Of a stretch of DNA of 64,000 nucleotides, positions 12,994 through 27,200 are shown piece by piece. A model generated the notes under the pieces. That model had not been told where the DNA came from, ran no database searches, and saw only the letters and a program-made list of their open reading frames with translations. The translations under genes and the position numbers were made by a program. The stretch comes from Azolla caroliniana (lineage: Eukaryota; Plantae; Polypodiophyta). Every line of letters starts with the position of its first letter. Positions within the stretch are counted from its first letter, which is position 1. The DNA lies in the NCBI GenBank assembly GCA_043228905.1, contig JBHGNT010000012.1, forward strand, positions 13,392,001-13,456,000, given 5' to 3'.

Positions 12994-13551
12994 TGTTGAG
13001 AAGCAAGCTCAACATGGTATGTGATGCTTATTGGGAAATAAGCTATAGTAGCTATTTAGCTACTTGTGAACATAAAGGAGAAACAGTTAATTAGCTACTG
13101 ACAGCTATTTAGCGACTGACAACTATTTAGCTACTGACAGCTATTTAGCGACTGACAGCTAATTAGCTACTGACAGCTATTTAGCGATTGACAGCTAATT
13201 AGCTACTGACAGCTATTTAGCGACTGACAGCTAATTAGCTGCATACGTAAGTAACTTATTACTTAGGTAGAAAGTAAGAGAGTAAGTAAGTAAGTAAGAA
13301 ACACAGGAAGTAGAACTCTGAGAGAGAGAGTGAGGATAGAGAAAAAGAACTCAGAGAGTGAGAGCAAAAGAGAGAAACAGACGAGAGTAAGTAGAGCTCC
13401 GCGTATAATGAAATAGAAGAAGTTTTGGTTGCTACAGAGGTAAGTCTCCTTCCCCCTTCCCTTCTGTGTTTGAGCACTAAACGATCTAGCACACCACAAT
13501 CTGCCACGCACATAAGAAGAGCCTGAGTGCCTTCTTCACGTTTTCTTAACA
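12994..13551 (+). repeat. E 5' LTR with 18-bp AGCTA(A/T)TTAGC minisatellite
   Basis: TGTTGAG...TTAACA; units CTACTGACAGCTATTTAG / CGACTGACAGCTAATTAG at ~13090-13240. Confidence 0.95.
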
Positions 13552-13691
13552 TGGTATCAGAGCAGAGTTGCTCATAAAGAAGAGTACAAAAGGTGCATAG
13601 ATCTGAGAAAGGTATTTCTCTATTTGCTGATCTGAATCAGAAAGGTACTTGTTGAAGTAATCGTAGCAGAAACCCTTGTTTGGAAGAGATA

Positions 13692-16600
13692 ATGGCTGTA
13701 GAGAATGCGGGCCAAATAGTTACAGAGAAACTAGATAAAAACAATTTCCCGGCGTGGAAATTTAGAATGACAAATTTCCTAATGGGGAAAGGATACTGGG
13801 ATTACATTGAAGGAGACCTAGAAGAGGCTCCGGAGATCCCAGAAGAAAATGCCACAGCAGCACAGATTAAAGCATTCAAAGATTGGAATCAAGGGGCAAG
13901 GAAGGTAATGCATTGGCTCTCACTTAGCATCTCAGATTCGATGCTTGGGCACATACAGGATGTTATGCTCCCAAAAGAAGCTTGGGACTGTTTGGTAAAA
14001 CTGTTTGCAGTAAACACAAAAGCTAGAAAGCTACAGTTGAAGACTGAGCTAAATACCTTAGAAAAAGGTAAGATGTCAATAAATGAGTATGCCTTGAAAA
14101 TAAAGAGCATATGTGAATCACTTGCTTCTATCAATGTAAAGATAGAAGATGATGATAAGGTAGAAATAGGCTTAAGAGGCATAGGACCTCAATACAAAAG
14201 CTTTAAAACCTCTATGCTTACAAGGGATAGTATCCCAAGCTTTCCAGATCTGGTTTCAATGCTTGTAGTAGAAGAAAGGAATCAGATGGATGATGTAAAT
14301 AAAGGAAATCTTGAGAATGAGGGGCAAGCCCTATATAATAGTGCTGGAAGAGGCCCAGGAAGAGGCCATGGAAGATTTGGCTCAGCAAGAACCAACAATA
14401 ATGGTTATCAAGGAAGAGGACAACAAACCATTAGAGGAAGAAACAACAATAGAGGCAGGGGGAGCAACCAAGGTAGAGGTAAGCAAACATATGTAAATGA
14501 TGATGATTGTTGGTATTGTGGAAAACCAGGCCACACACAAGCTAAATGTTACAAGAAGCAAAATGATGAGGAATGAGGAAAGAGACAGCAGAATAACTAT
14601 GCCCAAACTAGTGAAGATTGTGAAAAAGATGGTGCATTTGTGGTACAACATGAGATAGCAGCAGTGGCTGAAAGCTCACAGAAATGTAATGAAGAGTTTA
14701 CATGGTATGTAGACTTGGGGGCATCTAACCATATGATTGGACATGCAAACTGGTTTGAAAGGTTGAGAGAACCAGAGATTCCTGGCTATGTACAGACGGG
14801 TGATAATAGTACTCACCAAATAGAACATGTTGGAGATATCCCACTGTGGGAAGAAAAAGGAAAGACTAAGTATATGTTGAATGTAATGCATGTTCCGAAT
14901 CTTGCTAAGAATATGATTTCTGTTGGACAGATAGTAGAGCAAGGTATGCAAGTAAAGTTTAAGCAAAGTGGATGCTATATAGAAAAGAATGGGAAGCTCA
15001 TTGCAAAAGGAAAACGACAAGGAAGAATGTTTATTTTGGATGTTGACATGCCTAGACAGATTTCAGCTATGTTTGCAAATGGAATGAGTGTAGTCTCAGA
15101 TGTGGAAATGTGGCATAAAAGGATTGGCCACATAAGTATGCAAACCCTAAAGAATATGTTGAGAAAAGATGTAGTGGCTGGACTGCCAAAACTGAAAAAT
15201 TGTGAAATGGGAATGATATGTGAAGCATGTCAATATGGAAAGCAAAATAAGTTGTCATTCCCTCATGAAAGACATGTAAGTAAAAATCTGTTGGATTTGG
15301 TACATACGGATGTATGGGGACCAACTAAGAATGCATCTATCGGTGGCTGCAGATTTTATGTAACCTTTATTGATGATTGCTCAAGGAAAACATGGGTGTA
15401 CTTCATGAAAGAGAAAAGTGAAGTGTTTGAATGTTTTCGTAAGTTTAAATGCTTGGTAGAAAAGCAGGCAGGTACAAGAATAAAATGTTTAAGATCTGAT
15501 GGAGGAGGAGAGTATTTCTCCAATGAATTTTCTGATTTTCTATGCAATCAGGGGATAAGAAGATAGTTCACATGTAGATATACTCCACAGCAAAATGGAG
15601 TTGCTGAGAGGAAAAATAGAACATTGGTGAACATTGCAAGGGCTTTGATGACAGAGAAGAATATGCCATTGTACTATTGGGCAGAAGCTGTAAATACAGA
15701 AAATTATATTTTAAATAGATGTATAACATCGGGAGTACATGAAGCAACTCCTGAAGCGTGTTTCTATGGAAGGAAACCTAGCGTAGAACACTTAAAAGTG
15801 TTTGGATGCCTTGCATATGTACATGTGCCTGCAGAAGTAAGAAGTAAGTTGGATCCAAAAGCAGAAAAATATATTTTTGTTGTCTATTCAGAAGAACAAA
15901 AAGGGTATAGATGCTATAACCCTGTAACAAAGAAGATTGTGACAAGTAGGGATGTAATCTTTGATGAGTTAGCTAGCTGGTACAGTCCAAAACAGAATCC
16001 AGAGACTGATGAAGACAGTGAGATTGAAGACAGACAAATCTGAAAATGTAGAAGACTGCCACAGAGATGGAAGCAAGGTTGGACAGCAAAGTCCAACATC
16101 AACAGAATGTTCTGGACCATCAAAAAGCTCAGATGGTAAATCTGATTCGAATTCTTGGAGTGGAAAAAGTGGAGGACACAAAAAATGTGATGATAAAAAA
16201 GGAAAACAGAAAATGCCAGAGTATGAAATGTTGGATGACTTGTCTAAAATCATGGAAGATGAGGATTCAGATGTGTCATTGGATGATCTTCTTGGTATAA
16301 GAGGATTGAAAATCCCTGGTATGGAAAAAGCATTGAAGGATGCAAATCAGAAACTGAGAAGATCAGATAGAGAGAAAAAAACTGTTGAAAGATTTGGTTA
16401 TGATACATATATGGCTATGCATTATGCATATATGTCTAAGGTGGTACAGATCCCTGATCCAAGTAGTTTTGATGAGGCTAAAACTGAGAAGAAATGGGTG
16501 GATGCAATGCAAGAAGAGATTGATGCATTGGCTGAAAACAAAACATGGGATTTGGTGAAGTTACCAAAAGGACAAAATGTGGTAGGTTGCAAATGGGTCT

Positions 16601-18039
16601 ACAAGACAAAGCATGATTCCAGTGGGAACGTAAGTAGACATAAAGCAAGATTGGTTGCAAAGGGATATGCCCAAATGCAAGGAATTGATTATGATGAGAC
16701 ATTTGCACCGGTTGCAAAGATGGCAAGATTGAGGACATTACTGGCTGTAGGTGCAGCCAGAAGATGGTTTCTTCATCATATGGATGTAAAAAATGCCTTT
16801 TTACATGGTAACTTGGAAGAAGAAGTGTATATGTGTCAACCACCAGGTTTTGAAGATAGGAAGCATTCAGATTATGTATGTAAGCTGAAAAAGGCTCTCT
16901 ATGGACTGAAACAGGCACCAAGAACATGGCACAGAAAACTTTCAGATTATCTGAAAAAACTTGACTTCAAAATGTCAAAGGCTGATTCATCATTGTATGT
17001 TAAAAGGAAAGATGATTGTATTGTTGTGATTCTGATTTATGTTGATGATCTCATCATTGGAGGTGATTTCATGGATGAGATAAGTAAGCTGAAATGAAAT
17101 TTGGAAATGAAATTTCATATGAAAGATTTGGGAGATCTGAGATATTTTTTGGGTATTGAAATCATCAGATCTAAAAGTGGTAAATGTGTGTTGCAAAGAC
17201 AATATGCAACAACTATGTTGAAAAAGTATGGTATGCTTGGATGCAAACCTATTGGAGTACCACTAGATAAAAACTGCAAATTGAGGACTGATTTGGGAGC
17301 CAAAATAGAAGATGTAAACATGTACAGGTCTATGGTGGGCAGCCTTATTTATTTGACCATAACAAGACCTGATTTGAGTTATGCAATTGGATTAGTCAGC
17401 CAATTTATGCAACAGCCAACAAAGCCGCATTTGGATTGCATTAGAAGAATTCTGAGGTATGTAAAAGCTACTTAGAACTATGGATTGCTTTACAGGGCTG
17501 ATTTGGACATAAATCTGGAAGGATATACACATGTTGATTGGGCTGGAAGCCAAACAGATAGTAGATCCACAAGTGGATATATCTTTACATTGGGAAGTGC
17601 GGGTATTTCATGGAGTAGCAAGAAATAGGCTACTGTTGCATTGTCTAGTACTGAAGCTGAGTACAGAGGAGCTGCCATAGCCACTTGTGAAGAGGTATGG
17701 ATCAGAAGATTGCTTGCTAATTTGGGAGAGTATATAGACGGTACTGTCACAATCTGGTGTGACAACATGAGCAGCATTCAGCTTGCAAAGAACCCAGTGT
17801 TCCATGCAAGAACAAAGCACATTGAAGTGCATTATCACTTTGTTAGAGAAAAAGTGATGGAAGGAGAAGTTGATCTGGTGTATGTGAATACAAATCAGCA
17901 GGTTGCTGATATTCTCACAAAGGGATTGAGTGTGGAAAAGCATACACAATTTCGGAACATGATGGGAGTTGTAGACATTGATATGATGGCTGAAAAGCAT
18001 CATGGAAAAGAAGTTGTAGATAACCCCAAGAAAGGATAA
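13692..18039 (+). pseudogene. gag-pol: E copia gag-pol with several stops and one frameshift
   Basis: CWYCGKPGHTQAKC, WYVDLGASNHM, RSDGGGEY, LIYVDDLII, SSTEAEY. Confidence 0.95.
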
Positions 18040-18057
18040 GTTGAGCTTGAGGGGGAG

Positions 18058-18629
18058 TGTTGAGAAGCAAGCTCAACATGGTATGTGATGCTTATTGGGA
18101 AATAAGCTATATTAGCTATTTAGCTACTTGTGAACATAAAGGAGAAACAACTAATTAGCTACTAACAACTATTTAACGACTGTCAGCTATTTAGCTACTG
18201 ACAGCTATTTAGCGACTGACAGCTAATTAGCTACTGACAGCTATTTAGCGACTGACAGCTAATTAGCTACTGACAGCTATTTAGCGACTGACAGCTAATT
18301 AGCTACAGGCAGCTAATTAGCTGCATACGTAAGTAACTTATTACTTAGGTAGAAAGTAAGAGAGTAAGTAAGTAAGAAACACAGGAAGTAGAACTCTGAG
18401 AGAGAGAGTGAAGATAGAGAAAAAGAACTCAGAGAGTGAGAGCAAAAGAGAGAAACAGACGAGAGCAAGTAGAGCTCCGCGTATAATGAAATAGAAGAAG
18501 TTTTGGCTGCTACAGAGGTAAGTCTCCTTCCCCCTTCCCTTCTGTGTTTGAGCACTAAACGATCTAGCACACCACAATCCGCCGCGCACATAAGAAGAGC
18601 CCGAGTGCCTTCTTCACGTTTTCTTAACA
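18058..18629 (+). repeat. E 3' LTR
   Basis: Near-identical to 12994-13551 (roughly 15 substitutions plus repeat-unit indels, counted by eye). Confidence 0.95.
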
Positions 18630-18634
18630 CTTCC

Positions 18635-21600
18635 TGGCTCATCTCTTCCTTCCACGGTAGCACTATCCATGTCGCGATCGCGGTTTCCGTCGGCAGTACC
18701 GGTGCTTGTCCGGTCATAAGTTCTGTCGGCATATAACCGGTTACAGAGCTATGTGTCGTCTGATCTACCCATAGTGCATACGGGAGCATCTGCGGCCAAT
18801 CCTTCACCCTTCCGTCGCATGCTTTGGCAAGTGCTTTGACGATCGAACTATGTCCTCGTTCGATTTTCCCGTTGGCATCCGGATTGTATGTCGTTGTTAG
18901 TGTTAACCGAACTCCATGTTTGGTGAAGAATTCCCTAGCTTTATCAGAGTCGAGTTCTCCCCGATCCACAATCACTTGTCCTACGCACCCATACCTGCAA
19001 AACACTTATTCCAAAAGGAATTGGCATACCACAGAACACGTTTTCCTCCATACCGCTCGACCTTCTACTTGGTTTGTGAAATCTTCCCGAGCTAACACCA
19101 AGTACTTCTTTTGTCTGATCCCGGTTGGGATGGCTACAATGTCAACCATCCATTTGAAGTTGATTGTCGGTGAGAATGTCGGATGTAACTCATCTCGGTG
19201 TTGAACCCCGGAGTAGACTTGGCATTTCTCATAGCTTTCCGTGAACTCCGCGACATCTTTGTAATATTCTTCCACCAATATCTTTGCTTGATCTTCACAA
19301 ATGTTGCCCATGTTCCCCAATGTCTAGCCCAATCGTATTCGTGAAATTCGGACATTATCTGGTTTCGTTGCTCTTTTGTCGCGACTACTCGAAGTGGTAT
19401 GCCATCCGGTCTTTTCGGTTCCCTCCATATTAATCCATTTTTCAAGACGAACTTTCGGACTTGCCGCTTCTTACTTCGGATCTCGGCTCTCTTCTCTTTA
19501 TTGTCCGATGATTCCTCGATTTCTTGTAGCAATTTCCCGATAAGCAAGCTTTCTCCCTCATATTCTTCTTCCCGGAATTCTCGGATTACGTTCACCCGGC
19601 ATATGTGCTCCGAAGCAAAGTAGTCTTCGGAAACTTCTTCATTATTGGATTTGGTTATGTTGTCTCCGAACCATGTCCTTTATAGCATATCTACTACCAC
19701 GTTGTCTTTTCCAGAGATGTGTCGTACCTCTGGATTAAGTAACTTAACAGATGCAATCCACCTTAGCATAGCCACATCTGGTATAGTACAACACTGCATC
19801 ATCCCGAGTATCGGAAGACAATCCGTTTCGATCACTACTTCGGCTCTAATTAAATAATCTCGATCTGATTTGATTGCCGACACGACTCCCCATAATTCTC
19901 TTTTGACTAGTGCATACCCGTGTTGCCTTTCGTTGAGAACCTTTGCTCCGAATTGGATCGGATATCGCGAACCATCCGAGTCGGCTTGATTGATGATCCA
20001 TCCGATTCCGGTTGGACTTGTGTCAACCATTACTATGATCGGTCGGTCATGGCTCGGCTTCTTAAGTGATTCCACTATCCATAGTGTTTTCTTAAGCTTC
20101 TTCATGGCTTTAGTATGTTCCGGTCTCCATTCGAACTTCTTACCCTTCCGCAACATGTGATAGCGTGGGTCTGCAATATATGCATAGTGCGGAATCCATA
20201 TGTGATAGAATGCACATGCTCCAAGAAACCTTCGGACTTCGGATTGTCACTCGCATACTTCTTTCATAGCTTGAATCGCATCGATCTTGGTTGGTGACGG
20301 TCTTCAGCTATAGGGCCCACATAGATGTCCGACTACCAATATTTCTTCTTGTCCGAATGCTGATTTCTCACCGGAAAGTGTTAGGCGCACATCTTCTAAC
20401 TTTCGTAGCACTTTCTGCAATTGCAAATATGGTCGACTAGGAACTGTCGGCATCCCCAATCATCCATAGTCTCATCTTTTTCTTCCACCGCGCATCCTTT
20501 CATCGGAATGTCATCTAGGAACGGTATCGTTATCTCCGGAATGCAGTCTCGAAGCACCTTGTTCATGGCATTCATCATATGTGCAACCGAGTTTGTTGCG
20601 CGTTGTGGTAGTGTGCACATTCAGACTAATCCTATCGGTGTCCGCATGGTAGTGATGTCTCGGTTCTCCATGGCTAGTTGGAATTGGTCATACCCCGAGT
20701 ATAGGTCTCCGATGTAGTATATCGCACGACCGGCAAATGCTTCCGCAAATTCGTCCACTATCGGACCGACTCCGGAGTTCCGGATCATGACCTTGTTCAT
20801 TGGTTGCAAGTCTTGGATAAATCAGAGTGACCCATTCTTCTTCAGAACCGTAAACCATCGATTTGAGTACAGAGCGTTTGATGGCTCTAGAATCCCTATC
20901 GCCACCTTCTCCTTGAGCAAGTCGATGATTTTGGGAATATGCGCCCGCGGCACCGAAATCGGCTTCAAGTTCCACGACACATGGTCAATCATGAAGATCA
21001 CCATCGGCTCCACTATCTTTGGATCAACGCACCCTATCTCCTTCGATGTGAATGCAAATGCTTTCCCATGTTGTTCCAGCATCCCATGGTATCGTTCTTC
21101 TTCATTTTGTAAAAGGAAACCACCTCCATCGATCCAAAGTTTCTTCTGGGTCTCATCCGTTGAGGCATGTCTGATATCCACGGACTTCCAAACTGTCGGA
21201 TCTCCCGAGACTTCTTTCCTCTTTTGTTCGCTATCGACGGGTAACGGTCCCGTGGCCGGTTTCACTTTCTTCTCCACAGTCTTCATATTTCGTACTTACC
21301 ATTGCTTCTTCTTTGCGGAGCGCATCCGGCCCCATTTTCGCAATGATCTCGTACATCTCGACCGATTCCACCGGGACTACCCGGTCTCCTTGGCTTTTAT
21401 CCTCCACAAGCTCTTCAAGTCATTGTAGCGTGTTCCCAGAGAACACTTCTTCGACTACCCCCACGATTTACGAGATGCCGACCACAACTTATCCTCTACT
21501 TTTCGGTATTCTTTCTTCTTTCCTCCGGTTATGGCCGTGTACGTAGATGCCCCATCTAGACCAATTCGTACTTGTTTTGCTCCGAGAGTTTTCTTCCTAT

Positions 21601-23400
21601 GTGGGGTATTAGGGATTCTTGGACTATCACTTCCCCACTCCATAACAGTCCACTCTAAAACTCCATCTTTTTTTGGGACAAGAGCTCCCTTGTGTTCCTT
21701 TCATGATTCGCAGGCACAGTTAGGAATTGGACGGATTTCCCTCCGCTTTGAATCTGAATTCGTGCAAAAGCCACACCGCTATCAAGCCCCTTCGTCTCCA
21801 TCTGTGATGCTGTGATAAAGGGTTTCCTGAGGATCACGGAGTGTGAGACCTCATCTTGCACGAAGAAATTTTGGCCTATCTTGACATCTCCGATCTTCAC
21901 CGTCACATCCGGACAAGCCGCAAATAGGTCTTTTGTTGCTTTAGTGGTTGCCCGGATCTTCCATCCATGATTAGTGTTAATAGGCCACTTCCCCTTCCAG
22001 TTGAACTCCTTGGAAATCAAGTTGATCTCCGATCCGTGATCAATCAATGCTAGTACGGGCTCCTTGATGTTTCCGATTCGGAGCAGAGTCTCCGTAGTTG
22101 CACGTGCCCAGTGTGGCCTTGTGTAGTGGGAGTTCGGTATTTCATCCTCCACTTTTGTGTCGTTCATTAGAATGGTGTTCGCATTCACCCTTGGAGCATT
22201 TTCCTCTGTATTTTGTCTTTTTCTCTTCACGAGATCCATAAGAAGATCATGGAACTCCTTCGCTATTCCGAGTAATTCCTGAAGCGAAAAATCCACCCGA
22301 CTATCAAGGATTCTCCCGTCTGTTGTTTGATGTCCAAAGCAAGTTTGAATGCTGGAATTGTTTTTCCTTTCCCCTTCCCTTCAAAGGTCCAGCTTTCCGG
22401 TGTCTTTGATGGTCCGGCCGCATCATCTGTGTGCCATCGTTTTTCATCCACATACACTTCATGCAATTGACATAGCGCATGTACGCTATTCTTATCTACG
22501 TGGCACTCCCAACCCGTAGCTTCCCGGATACATTCCGCGGCACTTCGGATTTCATCATGGTCGGCTTGCTTCGAAATTTCTACCACTTCCGGCCAAAAAG
22601 ATGCCTTTGCTATAGATGAATCCCCCACACGTAGTCCCGCGGTTGTCGCATAATTGTTTTTAGCCACAATCTCCTCCTCTAAGACCTTCTTCATGCTGTC
22701 TTTTTGGAAGTTCGGTCGGAGTGGCTTCCAAGAATCCATCAAATGAATCTGATTTCCCTTGTCGCAGATAAGATCCCGTCGTAACGCCTTCTTGTGCTCA
22801 TCGCAATCTCTCCGATCATGTTCGGTGTTATCGCACCATATGCATCGACAGTCCATGTACTTGGAACTTGTGGGACGGTCTTCCGTCTTCTTCACCATCG
22901 GGACTTTTAGATTCTCCATCTCCTTCAGAAATTGCTCCATTGTGGTTGCGTCAATTCCCTTCTCGGTCGTAGTCTCCCGAGCCCGCGGTTGATGGTCTTT
23001 CAATCCGGATCTCAGTTTCGGAATTGGTCCCGAAACCCTCTTTTCTTCATTAGCAAGCCATTGCCCCCTCTTTGTATATCGTGCGACAATATCTCGCACG
23101 TTATCCCATGTATTGGTGAGGCCACTCTCAATGGTCGAGTCCTCCAGAAGCACTCTAAGATCTTTCCAGTCCCGGACGTCCATGGCTCGTAGGAACGTGA
23201 TCACTTTGTCTGGTGCAAGGATAGCTTGATCTCTCACGGACAACCTCCCGAACCGACTTTCAAATGCTAAAAACACATCGAGAACCTTCATCCACTTATC
23301 CGGCGTTTCCACCCAATCTTTGAATCCTCTCCTCGTTGCCTTGGAAGAGTCCTCGATGGCGAACATGGTCTTTAGGGCCTCTTCAAATGCTTCCCATGTC
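18635..23400 (-). pseudogene. gag-pol: C1 gag (C-terminal part)-protease-RT-RNase H-integrase, degraded
   Basis: CIWCDNTEHDRRDC knuckle, ALIDHGSEINLI protease, DLYSGYDQF / PFLDD RT, KRELWGVV RNase H, DRGEL integrase. Confidence 0.9.
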
Positions 23401-23405
23401 GGATT

Positions 23406-24196
23406 TGTTATAAACAGTGCTCGGCCACAACCGAGGAATAGGATCAACTCACAGAAATTGGGAAATACAAAGTGCACGAGGACAGTAGAGAGAAAAGGTA
23501 CACTGGAATTTTTACGTGGAAAACCCTAAATGGGAAAAACCACGGGAGTCCTCAAACTCCAACTATCACTATACACTGAGATGTACAATGGTGAAGCTAC
23601 AAGGCAACAACCTTGAGCTCACTGTCTTCGCCACAGGCGGCGGTAATACACAGAGGCGTCGACCTCTTCCTTTCTCTCTCTGTCTCTCTCGGCTGCTCTC
23701 ACTTCGCTCTCTCTCAGCTGAAAACATAAAATGAGCAACAACATTTAAACTGTTTGCCCTAAGTCATATTTATACACATATGACTTTCGGGCTATTTACA
23801 AATATAGCCTCAAGGGCTCTTGGCAAAACATATTCACAAATATGTCCCCGCATCCGGATCTCTCTCCGGGTACATTCGTCATCCGGCTCCGTTACCGGGG
23901 TCTTCAGCATCCGGCTCCGTAGCCAGGGTCTTCATCATCCGGCTCCGTAACCGGAACCGGGCTTGCCGTCATCCGGATCTCTCTCCGGGTACATTCGTCA
24001 TCCGGCTCCGTTACCGGGGTCTTCAGCATCCGGCTCCATAGCCAGGGTCTTCATCATCCGGCTCCGTAACCGGAACCGGGCTTGCCGTCATCCGGATCTC
24101 TCTCCGGCTACATTCGTCATCCGGCTCCGTAACCGCAACCGGGCTTGCCGTCATTCATCTCCGGACATCCCATCCGGAGGGACCGAAATCCCAACA
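23406..24196 (-). repeat. B2 3' LTR with CCGG-rich tandem repeats
   Basis: Near-identical to 29294-30084. Confidence 0.95.
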
Positions 24197-24206
24197 AACT
24201 CCCCCT

Positions 24207-27200
24207 TCACTTCGGCATGGGATGTCTCTCCAATCCGATCCTCTTCCGGCATGCTTCCAGCTTGTCGGGTGTGAGCACTTTGGTCAGCATATCTGAGCCG
24301 TTCTCGTCCGTGTGGATCTTCGTCAGCACGAACTCCTGGTCTTCTATCCTTTCCCGGATCCAGTGATATCTTCGCTGGATGTGCTTCGTCCGGGAGTGAT
24401 AGGCCGCGTTCTTTGCAAGGTGGATTGCACTCTGACTGTCGCAGTAGAGCCGGTACTCCTCCTGCCGGATACCGAGCTCTCTAATGAAGTCCTTCATCCA
24501 TATTATTTCCTTGCCGGCTTCTACAGCCGCCATGTACTCCGCCTCCGTGGTTGACAACGCAACCGTCTTCTGCAGTCTCGACTGCCATGAAACAGCTCCC
24601 CCTGCATACGTCATCACATACCCTGATGTGGACCGGCTGGTATCTGCATCAGCCGACATATCCGAATCGGTGAAGCCGTCGAGTTCGGGCTTGCCGGAGC
24701 CGATTCGGAGGCACACGTTTGCCGTGCCCTTCAGGTATCGGAGTATCCACTTGGCCGCGTTCCAATGCTCTTTGCCGGGATTGCTCATGTACCGGCTCAC
24801 CACTCCGACTGCATATCCTATGTCCGGTCTCGTACACACCATGGCGTACATCAAGCTCCCGACGGCTGAGGCATACGGCACTTTCATCATATCCTCCTTT
24901 TCAGCCTTTGTCTTGGGACTTTGCTTGCTGGACAGCTTGCAGTTTGCCGGGAGGGTCGATCCGACCGGTCTTGCTTCCGACATGTTGAACTGGTGAAGCA
25001 CCTTTGTCACGTACTTCTCCTGTGACAGCCACAACTGCTTCTTCTTCCGGTCCCGGATGATGTGCATCCCTAGTATTTGCCTCGCCGGACCCAGGTCCTT
25101 CATTGAGAAGGTTCGGTGAAGAGCCTTCTTCAGCATCCGTATCTTGACCTGGTCCCGTCCGACGATCAACATGTCGTCCACGTACAGGAGGAGTATTAGA
25201 AAGTCTCCTCCTTCGAACTTCTTCACAAACACGCAGTGGTCGGACTGCGTTTTGAGGTACCCTTCGTCGGTCATGAAGGAGTCGAACTTCCGGTACCATT
25301 GCCGGGGAGCCTGCTTCAGTCCGTAAAGGCTCCTCTTCAACCGGCATACCAGGTGCTCCTTCCCTTTCTTCTCGAATCCTTCCGGTTGCTGCATGTAGAT
25401 CTCTTCTTCGAGGTCACCGTGAAGGAATGCCGTCTTCACGTCCATCTGTTCTACCTCGAGGTCCATGCTTGCCGCTATGCTCAGCACCGTCCGGATGGAG
25501 GTCATCTTCACTACCGGGGCAAATATCTCGTCGAAGTCGACACCCTTCTTCTGCTGAAACCCCTTCACCACGATCCTGGCTTTGTATCTCGGGGGGTTTC
25601 CGGCATCTCCCGGTTTCAGCTTGAACACCCACTTGTTTCGAAGTGCCCGCTTTCCTTTCGGCAACTCCACAAGTTCATATGTGTGGTTCTCATGCAGGGA
25701 ATCCATCTCGTCCTGCATGGCACTCAACCACCTGCGGCTCTGGGTGTCATGTTTTGCTTCTTAAAAGCTCTCCGGCTCCCCCTCGTCGGTTAGCAGCACG
25801 TGCTCTGGTTCCGGAAATCTCCGGGGGGCCCTTCTCTCTCTTAGAGGATATCTCCGTTCCGGAGCTTCGGTAACCGGTTCTTTCGATTCTTCTTCATCCG
25901 AATCCATTTCGGGATCGGGGCCGGTTCCGGTATCATTTTCATCTTCTTCGGCCGGTTCTGTTTCTTCACCGTCTTCGGCCGGATCTTCGAGTGTTAACCG
26001 GTCCCTTGCCGGTCGGGACTGCTCCTCGTAGAGTTTATCCTCACCGGTCGACTTGGAGCTCTTCATCTTCTTCTCCGACTCCCAGTCGGCGAGTGTCTTG
26101 TTCTCCATGAAGATGATATCACGACTCCTGAATATCTTCTTGTCGACCGGGTCCCATACTCGGTAGCCGAACTCGTCGTCGCCGTAACCGAGGAATATGC
26201 ATGGCCGGGTCTTTGGATCTAACTTTCCTTTCCGGTCCTTTGCCACATGCACGTATGCGAGACACCCGAACACCTTCAGATGCCGGTAGGATACTTCCCT
26301 ACCGGTCCACACTCTCTGCGGCGTGTCTCCGTCCAAAGGTACTGAGGGTGATCTGTTTATCACGTATGTCGCCGTCGACATTGCCTCAGCCCAAAACCCC
26401 TTGGGTAATTTCGCATGTGCCAGCATACTCCGGACCCTCTCCATTATGGTCCGGTTCATCCTCTCGGCCAGCCCGTTTAGTTCCGGCGTCTTCGGCACAA
26501 TAAACTCGAGCCGGATTCCCTTCGAGCGACAGTACTCCTGGAACTGCCCCCGGTATTCCCCTCCGTTATCTCGGGGGGTTTCCGGCATCTCCCGGTTTCA
26601 GCTTGAACACCCACTTGTTTCGAAGTGCCCGCTTTCCTTTCGGCAACTCCACAAGTTCATATGTGTGGTTCTCATGCAGGGAATCCATCTCGTCCTGCAT
26701 GGCACTCAACCACCTGCGGCTCTGGGTGTCATGTTTTGCTTCTTAAAAGCTCTCCGGCTCCCCCTCGTCGGTTAGCAGCACGTGCTCTGGTTCCGGAAAT
26801 CTCCGGGGGGCCCTTCTCTCTCTTAGAGGATATCTCCGTTCCGGAGCTTCGGTAACCGGTTCTTTCGATTCTTCTTCATCCGAATCCATTTCGGGATCGG
26901 GGCCGGTTCCGGTATCATTTTCATCTTCTTCGGCCGGTTCTGTTTCTTCACCGTCTTCGGCCGGATCTTCGAGTGTTAACCGGTCCCTTGCCGGTCGGGA
27001 CTGCTCCTCGTAGAGTTTATCCTCACCGGTCGACTTGGAGCTCTTCATCTTCTTCTCCGACTCCCAGTCGGCGAGTGTCTTGTTCTCCATGAAGATGATA
27101 TCACGACTCCTGAATATCTTCTTGTCGACCGGGTCCCATACTCGGTAGCCGAACTCGTCGTCGCCGTAACCGAGGAATATGCATGGCAGGGTCTTTGGAT

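Larger units (their letters stand above)
12994..18629 (+). mobile_element. Full-length Ty1/copia retrotransposon E
   Basis: TSD CTTCC 12989-12993 and 18630-18634; LTRs 12994-13551 and 18058-18629; PBS-Met 13552-13563; PPT GAGGGGGAG 18049-18057. Confidence 0.97.

Noticed and set aside
13259-13552. Hydrophobic antisense ORFs in E LTRs (also 18341-18589)
   Set aside because: They derive from GA-rich low-complexity LTR sequence
23516-24274. ORFs in B LTRs (MENPKWEKP..., MAKHIHKY...), repeated at 29404-30120
   Set aside because: Duplicated only because they lie in LTRs and LTR tandem repeats
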